Below are positions 28,312 through 32,000 of a stretch of 32,000 nucleotides of DNA, piece after piece. Where the stretch lies: assembly GCA_000025185.1 (NCBI GenBank), contig CP001848.1, positions 4,830,001 to 4,862,000 on the forward strand, read 5' to 3'. Below the pieces are notes generated by a model. That model saw only the letters and a list, made by a program, of their open reading frames with translations. It was not told where the DNA came from and did not search any database. Position numbers and translations under genes: made by a program. Position 1 is the first letter of the stretch, and every line of letters begins with the position of its first letter. This stretch comes from Pirellula staleyi DSM 6068 (GTDB lineage: Bacteria > Planctomycetota > Planctomycetia > Pirellulales > Pirellulaceae).

Positions 28312-29130
28312 ATGCCCAGCGATACACGAGATGGCACCACCATTGCCATGCCACGGCTGCTCGCGAAATTTTTGATTGCGAGCTTCGCGATCACGACCGC
28401 TAACACCAGCCTCATTGCCGCCGACCAACTCGCTGAACTGCCACGAGGAAAACAAGTCGCTCAGTCGGCAACAATCGTGGTTAAGCAAGGGGATCTAAGT
28501 CGCGAAGCGACACTTCGCTACTGGCTTTATGTCCCTCAAGCTGCTGACGAAAAGAAGCAGCTTCCACTGCTGCTTTTCTTGCACGGTTCGGGCGAGCGTG
28601 GCGATGATCTTGAGGTCGTGAAAAAGCATGGCCCGCCGAAAATAGTCGAGCAGCAAGCCGATTTTCCATTCATAACAATCTCACCCCAATGCCCAGCAGG
28701 GGTTCGCTGGAATGCTGTCGAACTTTCCAATTTCGTCGATCACCTGACGAATAGCCTGCCAGTGGACCGTCGGCGCGTCTACCTCACGGGTCTAAGCATG
28801 GGTGGGGCTGGCAGTTGGTCGCTACTGGCAGCCCAACCCAACACTTTCGCGGCAGCTGTCATCATCTGCGGTCGAGGGGATGTAGCCTCCGCACCGCAGC
28901 TTGTGAAAACTCCCCTTTGGGTCTTTCATGGCGCGAAGGATACAACGGTTCCTCTCTCGGCTAGTGTGGAGATGGTTGAGGCGATTCAAAAAGCAGGGGG
29001 CAAGAACGTGAAACTAACGGTCTACGACAATGCCGCACACGACAGCTGGACCGAAACCTACGACGCCCCTGAAACCTTCGAGTGGCTGCTCCGTCACACA
29101 CTTCCCGACGATAAGGCGAAAAGCCAATGA
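28312..29130 (+). CDS. Secreted alpha/beta-hydrolase (carboxylesterase / PHB-depolymerase-family esterase-like)
   Basis: LPLLLFLHGSGERGDD, the nucleophile elbow GLSMGGAGSW, and FHGAKDTTVP. The N-terminus looks like a signal peptide. Confidence 0.7.
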   Translation: MPSDTRDGTTIAMPRLLAKFLIASFAITTANTSLIAADQLAELPRGKQVAQSATIVVKQGDLSREATLRYWLYVPQAADEKKQLPLLLFLHGSGERGDDLEVVKKHGPPKIVEQQADFPFITISPQCPAGVRWNAVELSNFVDHLTNSLPVDRRRVYLTGLSMGGAGSWSLLAAQPNTFAAAVIICGRGDVASAPQLVKTPLWVFHGAKDTTVPLSASVEMVEAIQKAGGKNVKLTVYDNAAHDSWTETYDAPETFEWLLRHTLPDDKAKSQ

Positions 29131-29295
29131 GATACAAAATCAAACGCGAGAATCCTGCGACCGCCATGTTTACTAAAAACTCCCATTAGACCCATTTTCA
29201 CCGCGAAGTTCAGCCCTTCGATACAACTGCGTCGATGTCAAACGGCTCTAACCTAGGCCAACGCCCGACATCCTTCGAAGAGAATTAAAACACCT

Positions 29296-30114
29296 ATGGC
29301 AACTGCCTTTTCACCGATCGGCTCCCCCCCGCCTGCGATGCAGTTTTTTCGTAGTTACAACTACATCTTTGAGAACCCCAATGGCTGGATCAACCTGCTC
29401 TTATGCGGCCTCTGCCTCCTATCCACGGCCTTTGTTCCAGTAGTAGGACAACTTGTCGTACTCGGATATACGATCGAGATTCTGCAGAGCCTCATGGCGA
29501 CCTCAGGCCAGCGTTATCCTGACTTTGATTTCAACCGCTTCTCGGATTACCTCAACAAAAGCATCTGGCCCTTTTTGGTGCAACTTGTCGCATCACTTTT
29601 GTTGGTGCCAATTGCTTTTCTGATCTTTCCGTTAGTAGTCTTTGTTCCATTAAGTATTGCAACAGCTGCGGGTGAAGACGCGGGCCCCATTATTCTCATC
29701 ATCATGATCCCTTTGATCATGATTCTGTCGATTGCTATTGGTGTCACGATCTTCATGTTCCTCACGCCACTCATTTTGCGAGCGATGCTAGCTCAAGATT
29801 TCAAAGCAGCCTGGGATTTGGGCTGGATCAAGTCGTTTATTCGACTGATGTATCGTGAAATGATCCTGACGGGACTCTTTTTATCGCTCAGTTCGATCGC
29901 TTTGGGACTCTTGGGAATTGCGACCTGCGGAATCGGGCTCTTGTTCGCACAAGCGATGATTTTTTTGGCCTCTACACACCTGAACTATCAGCAGTACATG
30001 ATTTTTCTAGCGCGGGGCGGGGCACCGGTTCCACCCAAGCAGGTTGCTGAACCGATTGTGCCTACTGCTGGTCCGAAGATGCCACCGCCAAGTGGTGGAA
30101 ACCCGTTTAGATAG
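29296..30114 (+). CDS. DUF4013-family integral membrane protein
   Basis: FRSYNYIFENPNGWINLLLCGLCLL...VPVVGQLVVLGYTIEILQSL, followed by multiple TM segments and a Pro-rich tail. Confidence 0.65.
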   Translation: MATAFSPIGSPPPAMQFFRSYNYIFENPNGWINLLLCGLCLLSTAFVPVVGQLVVLGYTIEILQSLMATSGQRYPDFDFNRFSDYLNKSIWPFLVQLVASLLLVPIAFLIFPLVVFVPLSIATAAGEDAGPIILIIMIPLIMILSIAIGVTIFMFLTPLILRAMLAQDFKAAWDLGWIKSFIRLMYREMILTGLFLSLSSIALGLLGIATCGIGLLFAQAMIFLASTHLNYQQYMIFLARGGAPVPPKQVAEPIVPTAGPKMPPPSGGNPFR

Positions 30115-30124
30115 AGCTGTTACG

Positions 30125-30989
30125 CTAGAGCCAGTTATTGACTTTGTCTGTAGATTTTTGCGAGGAGTATGGTGAGGAAGGCGAGCCAGTGGAAGTTGGT
30201 GAGCGTGACGGTGAGTCTCTCATAATCACGCGCGAGACGGCGGAAGCGACTCAGCCAACCAAAGGTGCGCTCAACAACCCAGCGGCGTGGCAATAGGACA
30301 AAGCCTCGCTTGGTCTCGGTATGTTTTATAACTTGTAATCTTATCGAGGATGCTTCAGCCTGCTCGGCTGCTGCGGCGCCCGTATAGCCTTGATCGACGT
30401 ACGCTATCTCCACGTTGCTGCCCGTCACCTCTTGCACTCTCTGCGAGAGGATGGCGACTTGGTCGCGGTCTTGCTCATTGGCTGCAGTGATGTAAACCGC
30501 CAGCAGATTTCCCAGTGTATCGACGGCAATATTGGCCTTCGAACCCTTCTTTTTCTTCGCGCCGTCGTATCCCGCGCGGCCTCCACTTTCAGGAGTCGAT
30601 TGCAGCGTTCGAGCATCCATGATCACAGCGGTTGGCTGTTCGTCACGTCCTTCCAAAAGACGCACCATCAGCCTGAGGTCTTGCGCAATTTCCTCAAAGA
30701 CTCCCGCTTCGAACCAGCGTCGCATTTGTTGATAGACGGCCCGCCACGGAGGCATTTCATGCGGCAGGAAGTCCCACTGGATTCCTGTTTTCACCACGTA
30801 GCGCATGGCGTTAAACTGGTCGCGCAGTGAATAGGCGCGCTGCGGCACATCCTCGCGCATGAGGCTTAAGTAAGGGAGCAGGAATTCCCACTCCGCATCC
30901 GTTACGTCGCTGGGATACGACTTCCCTGTCGTGTGTTTCATCCCCTAACTACAGCAATTTCAAGCAGATAAGTCAATAACAGGCTCTAG
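30125..30989 (-). mobile_element. Intact IS5-family insertion sequence (~860 bp)
   Basis: 20-bp terminal inverted repeats CTAGAGCC(A/T)GTTATTGACTT match at 19 of 20 positions (30125-30144 and 30970-30989). CTAG is present at both outer ends, consistent with a 4-bp CTAG or 2-bp TA target duplication. A single transposase ORF fills the element. Confidence 0.85.
30135..30941 (-). CDS. IS5-family DDE transposase (268 aa)
   Basis: N-terminal SDVTDAEWEFLLPYL...GIQWDFLPHEMPPWRAVYQQMRRW. DDE region: VIMDARTL, YVDQGYTG, VVERTFGWLSRFRRLARDYE. The stop codon lies inside the left IR. Confidence 0.85.
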   Translation of the reverse strand: MKHTTGKSYPSDVTDAEWEFLLPYLSLMREDVPQRAYSLRDQFNAMRYVVKTGIQWDFLPHEMPPWRAVYQQMRRWFEAGVFEEIAQDLRLMVRLLEGRDEQPTAVIMDARTLQSTPESGGRAGYDGAKKKKGSKANIAVDTLGNLLAVYITAANEQDRDQVAILSQRVQEVTGSNVEIAYVDQGYTGAAAAEQAEASSIRLQVIKHTETKRGFVLLPRRWVVERTFGWLSRFRRLARDYERLTVTLTNFHWLAFLTILLAKIYRQSQ

Positions 30990-31101
30990 GTGAAGTGAGT
31001 CGGATGCTGCTCGAGGCGACTCCTCGAGTGACCTTGTAAGACGAGCATTGCTGGAGCGCTATCACCACCTTGGTGCTGGGCCGTAACCGATATACTGATC
31101 G

Positions 31102-31971
31102 ATGTCAGTGGAGGGGCCTGTGTCCGAAGCAACAACTACAAACAGTGGCAAAGAAACCATTGGGGGTGTCGCGCCCAAACGAATCCAGTTTTTCGCAAGC
31201 TACTCGGATGTGTTTCAAGGCCCCCATTTCACCCACAATCTAATCTACATATCGATCGCAATCTTTATCCCAGTTCTCAATCAAGTTCTGCTGCTGGGAT
31301 ATCTTTATGAGACGATCGAATTGAAGTTTCGCGGCCTCACCGCAAGCTATGAGAAATTTGAGTTTCGCCATTTCAACCGCTACCTCCGACGTGGCGTTTG
31401 GCCTTACCTCATCATTCACATTCTTCAAACACTGATGATCCCTGTTTTTCAGATCCTTACACAGACCACGGTCTTTGGGACAATGGCGCTGATGAGGTCC
31501 GACAGGGAAACAGGAATACTAATTGCCGCTATTGTCATCCCCCTCATTGTGCTTGGCTTTATACTCTTCATTTTGTTGATGAGTGTCCTGTTGACGCCGG
31601 TCTATCTAAGAGCTGGATTGTCGCAAGACTTTTCCGAGGGCTTTAAGATTTCCTGGATCCGCGACTTTCTCTCGCGATGCTGGTTAGAAACCTTGATCGC
31701 TAACCTTTTTATGATACTCGTCGGTCTTTTAGGAACCGTAATTGGAATTTTGCTTTTTTGCGTCGGGCTCTTGCCGATCAGTGTGATTTGCTTGCTGGGT
31801 AATGCCGCGATCTTGCTGCAGCTTTATCAACTGTATCTCGCGCGCGGGGGTGAGCCGATCCCCCTCAAGCCGATGGCGACCGACGTTCCGCCGGTCTATC
31901 AGCCTACCGCAGAACCGGGGCTCACTCTGCCGAACTCCGCAGCACCTCCACTTGACCCTGAAGCGACGTAG
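31102..31971 (+). CDS. DUF4013-family integral membrane protein (paralog of 29296-30114)
   Basis: FFASYSDVFQGPHFTHNLIYISIAIFIPVLNQVLLLGYLYETIELKF. It shares the C-terminal LARGGxPxPxK motif with the upstream paralog. Confidence 0.65.
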   Translation: MSVEGPVSEATTTNSGKETIGGVAPKRIQFFASYSDVFQGPHFTHNLIYISIAIFIPVLNQVLLLGYLYETIELKFRGLTASYEKFEFRHFNRYLRRGVWPYLIIHILQTLMIPVFQILTQTTVFGTMALMRSDRETGILIAAIVIPLIVLGFILFILLMSVLLTPVYLRAGLSQDFSEGFKISWIRDFLSRCWLETLIANLFMILVGLLGTVIGILLFCVGLLPISVICLLGNAAILLQLYQLYLARGGEPIPLKPMATDVPPVYQPTAEPGLTLPNSAAPPLDPEAT

Positions 31972-32000
31972 CCCCAGCCCGCACTTTTTGATGCGGCCAG

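Overview
The gene content of this 32 kb chromosomal segment looks Planctomycetota-like (Pirellulales-type): a sulfatase, DUF4013 membrane proteins, a zinc-ribbon membrane protein, a dockerin-like DVNxDG motif and a groES-groEL operon. No database search was possible, so every family call rests on motifs read by eye. ORF-track entries beginning with GTG/TTG were re-examined, and some starts were moved to the first ATG or GTG that gives a plausible N-terminus.

Layout:
- (a) 1-2795 (-): the 5' ~930 codons of a YD-repeat/RHS-family gene. It is missing from the ORF track because it runs off the window. Its N-terminus is a 98-residue tract that is 82% serine.
- (b) 3120-7415 (+): three divergently transcribed glycosyltransferase genes, two of them domain fusions.
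- (c) 7477-8683: a rearrangement scar where a nonsense-interrupted MBL-fold gene remnant abuts an internal RHS fragment.
- (d) ~8700-17690: a decaying integrative element. It holds one intact tyrosine integrase, an overlapping nonsense-disrupted paralog, an excisionase-like HTH, a heavily disrupted large serine recombinase, a degenerate M41-peptidase-like gene and several intact orphan ORFs.
- (e) 17715-29130: housekeeping-type genes (sulfatase, HEAT-repeat secreted protein, HAD hydrolase, Y-family polymerase, DUF2314 lipoprotein, groES/groEL, zinc-ribbon membrane protein, esterase), plus one AT-rich nuclease-like singleton.
- (f) 29296-31971: two DUF4013 paralogs separated by an intact IS5-family element.

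Most interesting leads:
- The polyserine YD protein next to a glycosyltransferase triad, a possible serine-tract glycosylation system.
- Gene decay dominated by nonsense mutations in the mobile region: 7 in-frame stops against 1 clear frameshift.
- An intact orphan three-gene module inside the decayed element.
- A leaderless Y-family polymerase operon with no umuD.

No rRNA, tRNA or CRISPR array was found.
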